Of a DNA stretch of 52,670 bases, positions 12,959 to 24,584 are shown one piece after another; the first letter of the stretch is position 1; every line of letters begins with the position of its first letter. Below the pieces are notes generated by a model. That model did not search any database. It saw only the letters and a program-made list of their open reading frames with translations, and was not told where the DNA came from. The stretch covers positions 65,357,751-65,410,420 of the forward strand of contig NC_057719.1 in the NCBI RefSeq assembly GCF_004010195.1, read 5' to 3'. Source of the DNA: Chiloscyllium plagiosum. Its lineage: Eukaryota. The position numbers were made by a program, and so were the translations under genes.

Positions 12959-13939
12959 TTACTGGAACACTACATATGACTGACTGCAATGAATATACTG
13001 TACGCTGATTCCATTGCACCTAACTGGTGTGAAAGTGAGGCAAAGATCTTTAGACAGTGATGTCACATGTCTTGATGTTATGTAACTGCCTTCAAGGTAC
13101 ATTCTCTTTCTTGAATCTATGTAATAATACAATATACCTACAACCCACAAACATTTTTCTTTAAACAATGGGCAAACTTTTCTGATGAACATGTACAAAG
13201 ATGCACACAGATACATTTTCTCCATGCACTAAGATAACATATTGGCAGATGTATCACATGACCAAATCTATCATGACTTGACTGTGTATATCTGACATCA
13301 CAGATGGATATGTATCATTTGTGGTGGTTGCGTGGTTATTGTCTAGTATGATATTATCAGTATTCAAGTTGTCATCCTGTGTGGCAGGTGGTTGATCGTA
13401 TACAGTTCCGATATGATCACAACTTTTGTCTCCTGCTCATTACAGTGTCATTTGATCCAGGCTGACTGCAACAACTTGCTGTCTTTTCACAAGACCACAT
13501 GTTTGGATGAAAATCTCAAGCTCATATTCTTCAACCTGGTACTTCTTGGGATAACTGTCTGCACACTCATTGATCATGCTAGTACCATTTTCTCCCTTGT
13601 TTCCAACAATGCATTGTGCACATGTGGTTGGTGGTGAGACCGTGGGAGGGAAGCACTCATGTCTCCCAAACATGCGAATGGCAGGGAAGAGTACATTGTT
13701 GCCTTCAGGAGGAATGTGTAGATTTAATGTAGCTATAGGAAATCTTGGCAAATCACTTAAAACTTCACCATCTTAGATTTCACAGTGTGGACAGTGCCTT
13801 CTGTGAGACTGTTATTCTGATGTTTGAGAAAGAAAGAGATTATGTGTTAAACACTCATTTTCTGTGTGTAAGAAGGGTGAACTAGTGTATTGTACACTGT
13901 TTTTGGACACAATTTATTGAGGAACACTGAACGTATAGT

Positions 13940-14540
13940 TAATCTATCAACATCCATTGCACTATTGCTTGCTTTGATTTGTCTTATAAAAAGGAATTTA
14001 TTAAATAGACACCAGAATGCAATCATATCCTTGGATATGGAGGAATATTGTTTGCCAGCATAGCTAGTTTCTCTCAGGGGCAGGGCACCATAGACTGCAT
14101 GGACATTGCATTGTTATATTATAAAGCAACTGGTGTCATTAATAGAAAAGGGTTCCATCCTTTAAATGTGCAAGTCATCTGGGCCACATTTTAGAAGTTT
14201 GTGTCAGATACCCTGGAAGCTGCCATGATACTATATCCTTGAAAACTCCCATGTTCCTATTTCATTTCAGGAACAGATGATAGGTCTCCGGAATATCAGG
14301 TTTCAATCTGGAGTAGTCTTGGAGGCGTGCTCTAGTACAGTCCAGATGAACTGTGCTGCATAACACTAGCACACTGTGACCTGCAGAGTTGGAGCAGGCA
14401 AAGAAGGAGATATGATGAATACTACTCAACATGGGAGAGCAGCAGCATCTTCTGAGGAGGAAGGTGAGAACACTGAGCAGGAGCCTTTGCCATGATAGAG
14501 CTGTCCACAAAATGTCAGACAGAACTTAATTGACAGCAGT
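13940..14540 (+). mobile_element. PIF/Harbinger (HARBI1-like DDE) transposase relic
   Basis: 14051 onward FASIASFSQGQGTIDCMDIA; INRKGFHPLNVQVI; VCVRYPGSCHD; then GGVL*YSPD..HN. These match Harbinger motifs GAIDCTHV, NRKGFHS.NVQ, PGS.HD and GGAL.YSP. Confidence 0.85.
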
Positions 14541-15851
14541 AGCCTCCGTATCTTGATTCTTGCAACTGCAACGACACTGACAATGACTCAGGTGATGATG
14601 CAAAGTGGCAATATATTTACGAATGTGGGATTCTATTTCCAATGAAGTGTTACGCGTGCCACCTATGTATAGTTGAAAGATTTTAGTTTTGTTTCCCTCA
14701 CACTACATGCATTGCACATGCATATGTTTGACCTGGTGCACTCCTAGTCTTTAGTATCGGCAGTGGAAATCCTGAGGTGTCTCAGTAGTGGTGAGTACTT
14801 TCTTGGGTTGAATGCCACTGCTAGTGTGATATGAGCAGAGTGTTTTGCTCTCTGTGAGATCAGGTAGCATTTACCACAAAGGTTGGATTCATGTTGATGT
14901 CTTGAAGTTTATTAACAACACTAACTAGTTACACCGTTAAAAGATCTCAGGCTTGCAAATAGTATGGGTTCCCTGCTGACTATTATTGCAGCTACATTAC
15001 ATGACTGGCACAGGGCACATCTCTATACGCAATGAATATATCTGCACTGATTCTATTGTGTCATAATGCTCATGAAAGTGAGGCAAAGATGAGTTCAGAC
15101 ACAACTTGGGGCAGATCAGAGGAAGCAAGAGACAGGTGAATGGTGAGCCCCTAGCAGGCTAGAATGCCAACCATCAATTATTGAGCCATTGGCTCAATTC
15201 TACTGAGAAATGGCAGGCCCTAAACCTTCACCCTTCATTGCCACCCTTGCCCCTCCCTTCCTACCTGTCCTCCATGACCCTATGACCTCTGTGCCTGCTC
15301 ATGCTCTCCATACCATCTCTATCTCCGTCCCCATCATACTTCAAAACCACAGCCATACCTTGCCCACTATGACTTTAAAATCCTTAAAACTACTGCAAGT
15401 CCTCAAATCTCCATCTTTTCCCTCAATCCTTTAAATATTAAACTAAATATCCTCTTTTTTTTGGCTTGGTGTTTACTCTTCTTCAATGTTTTGGGACTTT
15501 GTCAAAGATGCTACATAAATGCGTCCATTACTGCCACAGAAATGGTTTAACTTAGAATGTGAAAAAAATTGCCTAAGTATCGAGGAACATAACACTTTGT
15601 AGTTCAACAGACAACATTGTGGACTACTTGTGTAAACTCCATTTCAGTACCTGCTTATTGTTCAACATTTATCTCAGGTAGCCTCTTCTACTGTTAAACA
15701 TTTAGATTACTCTGTGTGGTTATGTATTGACTGCTTGATTTTAAAAAGAAATCTGTTATGTAAAGTAAAATGAGAAAATTGACCTTGTTTGATTTGAGAA
15801 GAATGAATTCTGGTTAAGGTAAATGTTCCCAGGTGGCACGCTGGAGCACTA

Positions 15852-16490
15852 CATAGATTCATAGAGATGTACAACACAGAAACAGATTTTTCAATCCATG
15901 CTGACCAGATATCCTAAATAAATCTAGTCCCATTTGCCAGCACTTGGTCCATATACTTTCAAACCCTTCCTATTCATACACCCATCCAGATGCCTTTTAA
16001 ATGTTATAATTGTACCAGCCTACACCACTTCCTCTCTCAGCTCATTCCATACACACACCACCTTCTGCATGTAAAGGTCGCCCTTGGATCCCTTTTAAAT
16101 CTTTCCCCTCCCATCTTAAAGCTATGCCCTCTAATTTTTGACTCCCCTGCCCTGGGAAAAAAGAACTTGCCTATTCACCCTGTCTATGCCCCTCATAATT
16201 TTATAAACCTCCCAGCCTCTGACCCTCCAGGGGAAAGAGCCCCAGCCTATTCAGGCTCTCCCTATTGCTCAAACACTCCAGTCCTGGCAACATCCTTGTA
16301 AATCTTTTCTGAACCCTTTCAAGTTTCACAACATCTTTCCGATAGCAGGAAGACCAGAATTTCACAATGTATTCCAGAAGTGGCCCAACCAGGTTCCTAC
16401 ACAGCTGCAACATGACCTTCCAACTCCTATACTCAATGCACTGACCAATAAAGGCAAGCATACCAAACACTTCTTCACTATCCTTCACTT
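15852..16490 (-). mobile_element. CR1 LINE 3' fragment
   Basis: ORF 16201-16488 FGMLAFIGQCIEYRSW..LERVQKRFTRMLPGLE. Confidence 0.9.
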
Positions 16491-16774
16491 CACTTATCTA
16501 TTCTATTGAAGTTAAGAGTTGTGAAAACATGACATAAACTCCTGCATCAACATCTAAGTTGGAGGTTTTAGGATTTGTAAGTTTGGGTTTGTATCTATCT
16601 TTGCCAACATTTACATGTGGGTGATTGAATTCTTATGTTTTTGTGTGTGTTTTCTTTTCATGTGTAGATAAATATATCTAAAATACTGTATTGGAAACAT
16701 TGAATCCAAATTAAGATGATCTCAATTAAGGTAAAATATGCTAACTTCCAACAGTTCTAATTTTTTAAAAACTC

Positions 16775-17080
16775 TTTCATAGGTTGTAGGTGCACTGGCT
16801 AGGCCACCATCCATCCCTAATTGCCCAAAGGACAGTTAAGACGCAATCACATTGATGTGGGTTTGGAGTGGTTTTGTGCACCAGCCCGAGTAAGAATTGC
16901 AGTTTCCTTCCCAGAATTAGTGAAACAGATGTTTTATTTCAACAATGGCTTTGTGGCCATCAGTAGACTTTTAATTCCAGATTTTTAGGGAATTTAAATT
17001 CCACTATACACCTTGGTAGGATTTGAACCAGGTCAAAAACATTACCTGCATCCCCAGATTACTGGTCAAGGCCATCATCC
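16775..17080 (-). mobile_element. Shark tRNA-derived SINE (same family as 8280-8645)
   Basis: ccatccctaattgccc..cacattgatgtgggtttggagt..taattccagattttt..ggatttgaacc. Confidence 0.6.
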
Positions 17081-17799
17081 CCTCTCTAAATATCTAGCTT
17101 TAATGTACTTGTAATTCTTAGGTTCAGTTTGCTAATCTTTCTCAAGATCTCCAGAGGGTTCAACCATGATTTATTTCCATGTGGCAAATACCTCAGGTCA
17201 TGTTTAAAAGCATTTATGTTAACAATTTTCTGATTTGGCAACAGTCACTGTTCTGCATGTTAGATGGAGAAACCTAAGTGTCTGATCTATTTTATTGCAG
17301 GTTTATCTGTATTCCGAGGTGGGATAAAGATCCAGAAGGAAAGAAAAACATTCACTTGTAAATGTGTACAACCTGTCTTTTAGATTAGTGTATCATGTAA
17401 ATGTTGATACATGAAACTTCCTTTTATAAGTGTTGGGACAGGGGAAGAGTAAAGTGCCCATGGTGGACAAAGCCCTATGTGTAATGACAGCAAAACCATT
17501 GGGTAAGTGTGCCCACTATATTAGTGTTGATAGGTGATCTGTCCCACCTGTACTTTCAATACAAGTGATTCTCATTGATAGCTCAGAGTGAGTTCCAGCC
17601 CATCTCGATCCTCCTGGCTCAGAGGAGTTCAGCTGAAACATGTTTGAATTAGCTGATTCCTGATATGATGGCATCTTGAGACCAGCGACAGATAAGGCCA
17701 CCTGTCTCTGTAAGCAGGGCACATTTGTGTTTAATATCTTCCCTCTCCCCCATTTTTCTTGTTCATGCTCTACTCCTCCCCTTCCTCCCTGTCCATCTA

Positions 17800-18620
17800 A
17801 TATGTCACCACCTTTAAGATGCACACTTCTCTGAAGCTCCACATGATGGAGAGTGCAGCAGATCATCATAATGATTGAAAACATTGCAGGAGAGTGCGCT
17901 AGGACACCAATTGACTGGTCCAAGTATCAGCATTGGCTCTTCAGAAGTCTATTGGCTAACTCGATGGATATCATCATGAGCCCGTGGCTTTGGGTATCAC
18001 ATCTCTCTGCAGTGCCTCTTCAAACAGTCAGTTGTCTATCTTCAAGAGACATCCCTTATCCCCGAAAACCTGTGGGAGTGGTGGTTGTTGAGGTTTAAGG
18101 AATGACAAGCTGAAGTACCTGTCGAGCAGTGGATGAAGGAGTCATGGAAGCTGGCCAAAAAGCAAGGGCAACACATGCAGGAAGGCCTTGTTGTGACCTC
18201 AGACCAACTGAATGTTGAGAGAGTAAAAACTCTTCTTGTTGTCACTGGCCACTAATTTAGGGACTTGACCATGTAAATGCAATTAAATAAGATGCCAAAC
18301 TTGGAGATTCCAAGGTTGGAGGTGAAATCCTCTAACTCTGTGAGATTCCCCACCCCCCTCATCTGATGTTGAATATAATGTCCAGCTCTCACAAAGAGAG
18401 CATCAGTGATCTGTATAGTGCAGTGATGTGTGGTTGTCTGTGAGACATTGGAAGGAACCATTGGTGAGGAATTTCAATGTCACTATCTTTGGCAGCCAAC
18501 AGCAACACTAGTTTCCAACTAGGGAGCTCCATTCTTGGTCATCAATCTTATGCTGATTGTTTGGCATCCAATGCTTGCCTGTCCCTCATCCCTCCATACT
18601 GCCCATCCGAAGGAAGATGT
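17800..18620 (-). mobile_element. PIF/Harbinger transposase relic
   Basis: Reverse strand gives VSQTTTHHCTIQITDALFVRAGHYI; NKKSFYSLNIQLV; SFHDSFI; GDKGCLLK; LDQSIGVLAHSPAMFSIIMMICCTLHHVELQR, in Harbinger motif order. Confidence 0.88.
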
Positions 18621-19794
18621 CATTAGCACTGGACTCAAAGTCTGAGAGCTGTGCTTGCATTAGAAATTGTTGGCTGCCTTGTGCTCAGGTGAAACCCCCC
18701 CCATCCTCCAAAATGTATTTGGCAGCCTTAGCCCCTCTTCTTATTGGATACCATTCACTGCACTCCCTGAGCACTCACAGACCACATACGTTGCTGATTT
18801 GGTGGTATCCAAGTGGTAATAACTGAATTCCCAATGTACCATTCACTCTTTCTGAGGCTTGGCTCATTACCTGAGACAACCAGACTGACATCCTGCTGCA
18901 AATCCACTGTCAGACCCCAGATTTGACCATGGCCCATCATATGTTCACATCAAAACCTGAACATTCCCCTCAATGAGGAAGCACCTGTCATAGTTGTTAA
19001 AGCTCTCTATTGATATTTGAGTTAACATTTATCAACTTCGTGAGTTTAGAATTGCAGTGGTGCCAGATTCAATTAATGCAAAATTTAGATTTAGCACTTT
19101 TTAAGCACCGTAATAATACCGAACTTTTGACAATTCTTTTCTTTATTTGCCTCCTTTCAAATTCTGGTTACTATATTTCCACTGACAAACAAGATTTTTT
19201 TCTTTTATTCTCTCTCTCCTCCTTTCACTTGCTCTCTTTCTTTCACACTCTGAACTTTCTCCGAATGTTTCACTGCGTCATTATTATCCAGCAATCTACA
19301 GCTGGAGAGCTCCCTGACACGGCTTAAACATCAGTCAAGTCTTTGATGTGAACACACGCCCCTGTGATTGAATATCCAATACTCCAATACTTGCTTTTTG
19401 ATTGCCAAAAATTACAATTTCAGTTTGATTAGCTTGAGTTTACTGAAAAGGAGAGTAATAGGCTTGGTGGAAACTATGATATTGGTGACAGATACATTGA
19501 CAATAACATTTATTTCAACTGGAATAGCTTTGTTATAAGTGTGGAAAAGTTGGTGGGTCTAATTTAGTTTGCAAAGGGGCCAAATGCAGTCAGTTTTCTG
19601 GATTCCAACTACGTAGGAAAGCAGTGACTTCTCAAAACAGCTTTTAAAATGATCTATTCTCTCTCATGAGAATGTCAGCGATCAGATGCCCAACATGTTT
19701 TGTTAAGTATTATCATTGTCCCTACTGCTCCAACCAGAAATGAAGCTGTTCATCTAGATGAAGGAAAGAGAACTATTAAATTATTGGTGGATTA

Positions 19795-21040
19795 TATAGA
19801 ACATACAACAATACAGCGTAGAACAGGCCCTTCAGCCCTCAATGTTGTGCTGACCTGTTATCTAATCTAAGCCAATCTCCCTACACTATCCCATCGTCAT
19901 CCATGTGCTTATCCAAGGATTGTTTAAATCTCCCTAATGTGACTGAGTTGACTACATTAGCAAGTAGTGCATTCTGCATCCTTACCACTCTCTGTGTAAA
20001 GAACCTGCCTCTGACATCTGTTTTAAATCTATCACCCCTTAATTAGTAGTTACGCCCTCTTGTACAAGCTGATGTCATCATCCTAGGAAAAGGATTTTCA
20101 CTGTCCACCCTATCTAATTCTCTGATCATCTTGTATATCTCTATCAAATCCCCTCTTAGCCTTCTTCTCTCCAATGAGAACCGACCCAAGTCTCTCAGCC
20201 TTTCCTCCTAAGACCTTCCCTCCAGACCTGGCAACAATCCTGGTAAATGTCCTCTGCACCTTTTCCAAAGCTTCCACATCTTTCCTGTAATTGGGCAACC
20301 AGAACTGTACACAATATTCCAAGTGCAGCTGCACTAGCATTTTGTATAGTTGCAGCATGACATTATGGCTCCGGAACCCCTATGTTCATGGGCTCCAAGA
20401 TTCCTCTATTCATCCACTACCAAGAATCTTTCCATTGACCCAGTACTCTGCCTTCCTGTTGTTCTTCCCAAAGTGAATCACCTCACATTTATCTGTATTG
20501 AACTCCACCTCTCAGCCCAGTTCTGCAGTTTATTCAATTCCCCTGCAGCCTGCAACATTCTTCCACACTGTCCACTACTCCACTGACTTTAGTGTCATTT
20601 GCAAACTTACTAACCTATCTACCTATTCCTGCGTCCAAGTCATTTATAAAAATGGCAAACAGCAGTGGTCCCAAAACAGATCCGTGTGACACAGATCAAT
20701 TAAGAACCCATTTGGATCGGGAATATTTCATATGGATATTTACATTATAAGCCTGTCAAAATCCAGTAACCAGATTCCAGGCTGAATATTTTCCATTAAC
20801 CATCACTCACTGCCATCTTACAGAAAGCCAGTTTCTAATCCAAACTGCTAAATCACCCTCAATCCCATGCCTCTGCATTTTCTTCAACAGCCTACCATGT
20901 GGAACCTTATCAAAGGCTTTACTGAAGTCCATGTACACCACGTCAACTGTCTTACCCTCATCCACATGCTTGGTCACCTTCGCAAAAAACTCAATGAAGT
21001 TTGTGAGACATGACCTGCCCTTGACAAAACCATGTTGAAT
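19795..21040 (-). mobile_element. CR1 LINE (RT domain to 3' end, degenerate)
   Basis: QHGFVKGRSCLTNFIEFF..VDVVYMDFSKAFDKVPHGRLL; LYKMLVQLHLEYCVQFW. Confidence 0.93.
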
Positions 21041-21973
21041 ATCTGCAGTCATTGCTTTACACTACTATTGCTTTTTCGCACATAGGTCAATCCATACGAC
21101 TGGACTTTTGTCAATATAAGTTTTCTCTTTTGTGAATTAAATACAATTATTCTGTTTGAGCCACTTGTTTAGAAAACAGTTTCGCATGTCTTTTACTTAC
21201 CACATACAGAAATATATCTTGATATGGAATATATACCTCACATAGACATTCTTCATGTCAAATTGTACAGCAGAATCCATGTAAATTTACTTCATAATAC
21301 ATTTGCCTAGCACCGACTATAACATGCACACTGATACTATTATCCAAGACATTACATATTTCATTTCATATTGCATGTTCTTCGTTCATTATAATATTCA
21401 AATTGGGTTCTGTATAGTTTTCAGCTTTAGCTCAGATCCGGAGATTCTTGGGGACGTCCATGGGGTCTCAGTACATATCTTGGGTTGTACATTGGATCTC
21501 TGACGAGCTAGAAACCAGACAGTCTCGGCCAAAACCTTGGGGGGAAAAGAAGCAAGCGTTGTGTGAGATGTTGTGACTCTGGTTTATTGGCAGTACAAAA
21601 CACATTCCTGCGTGATCATCAGGTGTGAGGTCAAGCACAATTCTTGTCTCAAGAAGTATGAAGCTGTGGTTAGCCGCAAGTATGAATGTCCTAGAATAAA
21701 GGGAAACTGTTTGGGATGTACTACTGAATTCCTTCACCCTGAAACACACAGACCTCTGCCAACTTATTTTGTTTTTTTTTGTACTCTGGCTTTCTTTCAA
21801 GCTAGAACAAACCACTTCAAACCTTTAGTCCTCCTGTGAAAAATGGACTGGTGAACAAACATCATGGATAAGTGCTCTATTCTGTGCCTAATATAAATTT
21901 TGAACAGCTTGCTGCCAAAGCCAAACCTCTCTGTAGGTTTTCATGCTTTAAAATACAGAAATATAAATTGAAA

Positions 21974-22278
21974 GGGCGGCACGGTGGCACAGTGCTTAGC
22001 ACTGCTGCCTCACAGCGCCAGAGACCCGGGTTCAATTCCCGCCTCAGGCGACTGACTGTGTGGAGTTTGCACGTTCTCCCCGTGTCTGCGTGGGTTTCCT
22101 CCGGGAGCTCCGGTTTCCTCCCACAGTCCAAAGATGTGCAGGTCCATGCTAAATTGTCCGTAGTGTTAGGTATGGGGTAAATGTAGGGGTATGGGTGGGT
22201 TGCGCTTTGGCGGGTCGGTGTGGACTTGTTGGGCCGAAGGGCCTGTTTCCACACTGTAATCTAATCTAATCTAATCTA
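21974..22278 (+). mobile_element. HE1 V-SINE (young)
   Basis: GGGCGGCACGGTGGCACAGTG head with B-box GGTTCAATTCCC, V-domain and (TAATC)n tail. Confidence 0.92.
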
Positions 22279-22419
22279 AACAGGAATTCTACATTTTAAT
22301 GACCTGTGCATGACTCCCTAGTTCCAAAGGCCGTTGATTACTGATACACAGGAAATGTAGCTCCTGTGCAGTGGTATAAGATAACAAACTGAGCATATCT
22401 TCTAAACTCTCAGAGGTTG

Positions 22420-22950
22420 GTTTGATTTGATTTGATTTAGTTTATTATTGTCACATGTACTTAGGTGTAGAGAAAAGTTTTGGTCTGTGTGCAGTCCAGG
22501 CAGATCATACCATACAAAGATCATAAGGTGATAGAACAGAGTGCAGAATTTAAACTAATGGCTGCAAAGAAGGTGCACAAAAGCCGAGATCAATGTCAGG
22601 TTTGAAATTTGAGAGGTCTATTTACAAGTCCAATAATGGCAGGGAAGAAGCTGTTCTTGAACCTGTTGGTATGTGTGTTTCTGCTTTTGTATCTTCTGCC
22701 TGATGGAAGAGATTATAACCGGGGTGGGGCGGGTCTTTGTGATGTTGGCTGCCTTTCTGAGGCAGCGAGAGGTGGAGACGAAGTCGATAAAGTGTGGCGC
22801 TGGAGAAAACACAGCAGGTCAGGCAGCATCCGAGGAGCAGGAGACTCGACATTTCAGGCAGGACCCTTCATCAGGACCTGATTGCGGTATGTGGATTAGG
22901 ACGTTGACGATCCAGATGGGGAGCAGAGCCCTAGATTTCAGAGAGTGGAG
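22420..22950 (-). mobile_element. Rex1/Babar LINE relic interrupted by a PLE fragment
   Basis: (tttga)n reverse tail; RFKNSFFP-like 3' region (gggaagaagctgttcttgaacctg); 22880-22950 reverse resembles RT segment NLGL..WI..L...PQS. Confidence 0.65.
22782..22876 (-). mobile_element. PLE terminal fragment (tail-less arm)
   Basis: agtcga..gtggcgctggagaaaacacagcaggtcaggcagcatccgaggagcagg..cccttcatcagg. Confidence 0.75.
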
Positions 22951-23179
22951 GTTGCTCTCATGGTGCAGCAATGAACGCTAAATTCATCTTTTCCACATCC
23001 GAATGAGTGAAGAGATCCATGCACCACAGGTTAAATAATGTTTCAGACAGATAATGAAAAGCAAGAAAAGTCTGAATCTTTACAGTTCTTTTCAACATCT
23101 GATCTCCTGGACATCATTCAGTTCTTATTGTTTTTGCTGTGTATAGGTGCTTTATTTAATTGTATGGCCTCTGAAAACG

Positions 23180-23770
23180 TCTAGGTTTGTGTTGAAAAAT
23201 GGTTAAGTAATAATCATACCACACAAGTGCCAGGCAGAGGCCATCACCAACAAGAGAGAATCATCCTCTCCTTGACATTCAACGGTATCACCATCACTGA
23301 AACCTCCATTATCAACATCCTGGGGGTTACCTTTGAATAGAACCAGCCATACTGTGGCTACAACACCAGATCAGAGATTACGAATTCTGCAGCAAGTAAC
23401 TTAGAAGTGTGATGGAATACTCTACACTTGCCTGGATATGTGCAGCTATTACTATCATCCTGTTTGATTGGCATCCCACTCAGTACCTTCAACTTCCACT
23501 TCCTTCATCACCTGAACACAGTAGCAGCAGTGTTTACCATTTACAAGCTGGACAGCAGTAACTCACCAAGATGCCTTAGACAGCACCTTCCAAACATGTG
23601 ACCTCTATCACCTAGAAGAATAAGGACAGCACATGCATAGAAGCACCACCACCTGGAAGTAACCCACCAAAGTGTTCGCCAACCTGACTTTGGTTAAATC
23701 ACCACTCCTTTGCAATCACCAGGTTAAAATCCTGCAATTCCTTTCCTAACAGCATTGTGGGTGTCCCTTA
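23180..23770 (+). mobile_element. CR1-like LINE, second family, 3' fragment
   Basis: Homologous to 25300-25940 (ccacacaagtgccaggc..aacatcctgggggttacc..gtgatggaatactct..cagcaccttccaaac). Confidence 0.7.
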
Positions 23771-23827
23771 GCCCTCATGGTGATGGTGGTTCAAAATAGT
23801 GGATTAATCACCTTGTCGAGGATATTG

Positions 23828-24465
23828 ATATGCTTTCCTTTATTGGTCAGAGCGTCGAGTATAGGAATTGGGATGTTATGCTGCGATTGTACAGGACATT
23901 GGTTAGTCCACTTTTGGAATATTGTGCACAATCCTGGTTTTCTTCCTGCAGGAAGGATGTTGTGAAACTTGAAAGGGTTCAGAAAAGACTCACAAGGATG
24001 TTGCCAGGATTGGAGAGTTTGAGCTATGGGGAGAAGTTGAACAGGCTGGGTCTGTTTTCCCTGGAGCGTTGAAAGCTGAGGGGTGACCTTATAGAGGTTT
24101 ATAAAATCATGAGGGGCCTGGATAGGATAAATAGACAAAGTCTTTTCCCTGGAATAGAGGAGTCCAGAACTAGAGGGCATAGACTTAGGGTGAGAGGGGA
24201 AAATTTAAAAGGGACCTAACGGGCAACCTTTTTACACAGAGAGTGTTATGTGTATGGAATGAACTGCCTGAGGAAGTGGTGGAGGCTGGTACAACTATAA
24301 CACTTAGTAGGTATCTGAATGGATATTTGAATAGCAAAGGTTTGGAGGCATATGGGCTAGGTGTTGGCAAATGTTTCTATATTGGATTGGAATATCTGTT
24401 CGGCATAGACGAGTTGGACCAATGGTTCTGTTTCTGTGCTGTACATTTCTGTGATTCTATGACTC
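23828..24465 (+). mobile_element. CR1 LINE 3' fragment
   Basis: MLSFIGQSVEYRNWDVMLRLYRTLVSPLLEYC..LGLFSLER; VWNELPEEVVEAG. Confidence 0.92.
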
Positions 24466-24584
24466 TAATACACACTGATCCAGCTAGTGGCTGCCACATA
24501 ACATGAATGAATAAAACCAGAAGGAAAAACTGAGTGTGGTATTGGTGCAAAGTGTACACTAGGTCAGGGATTTCAAAATCCACA

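Noticed and set aside
21420..21840. GC-richer unique segment as a coding exon
   Set aside because: All frames close early and no peptide is recognisable
21974..22050. tRNA gene (A/B boxes)
   Set aside because: tRNA-derived head of an HE1 SINE, continuing into the V-domain; same for the other HE1 copies
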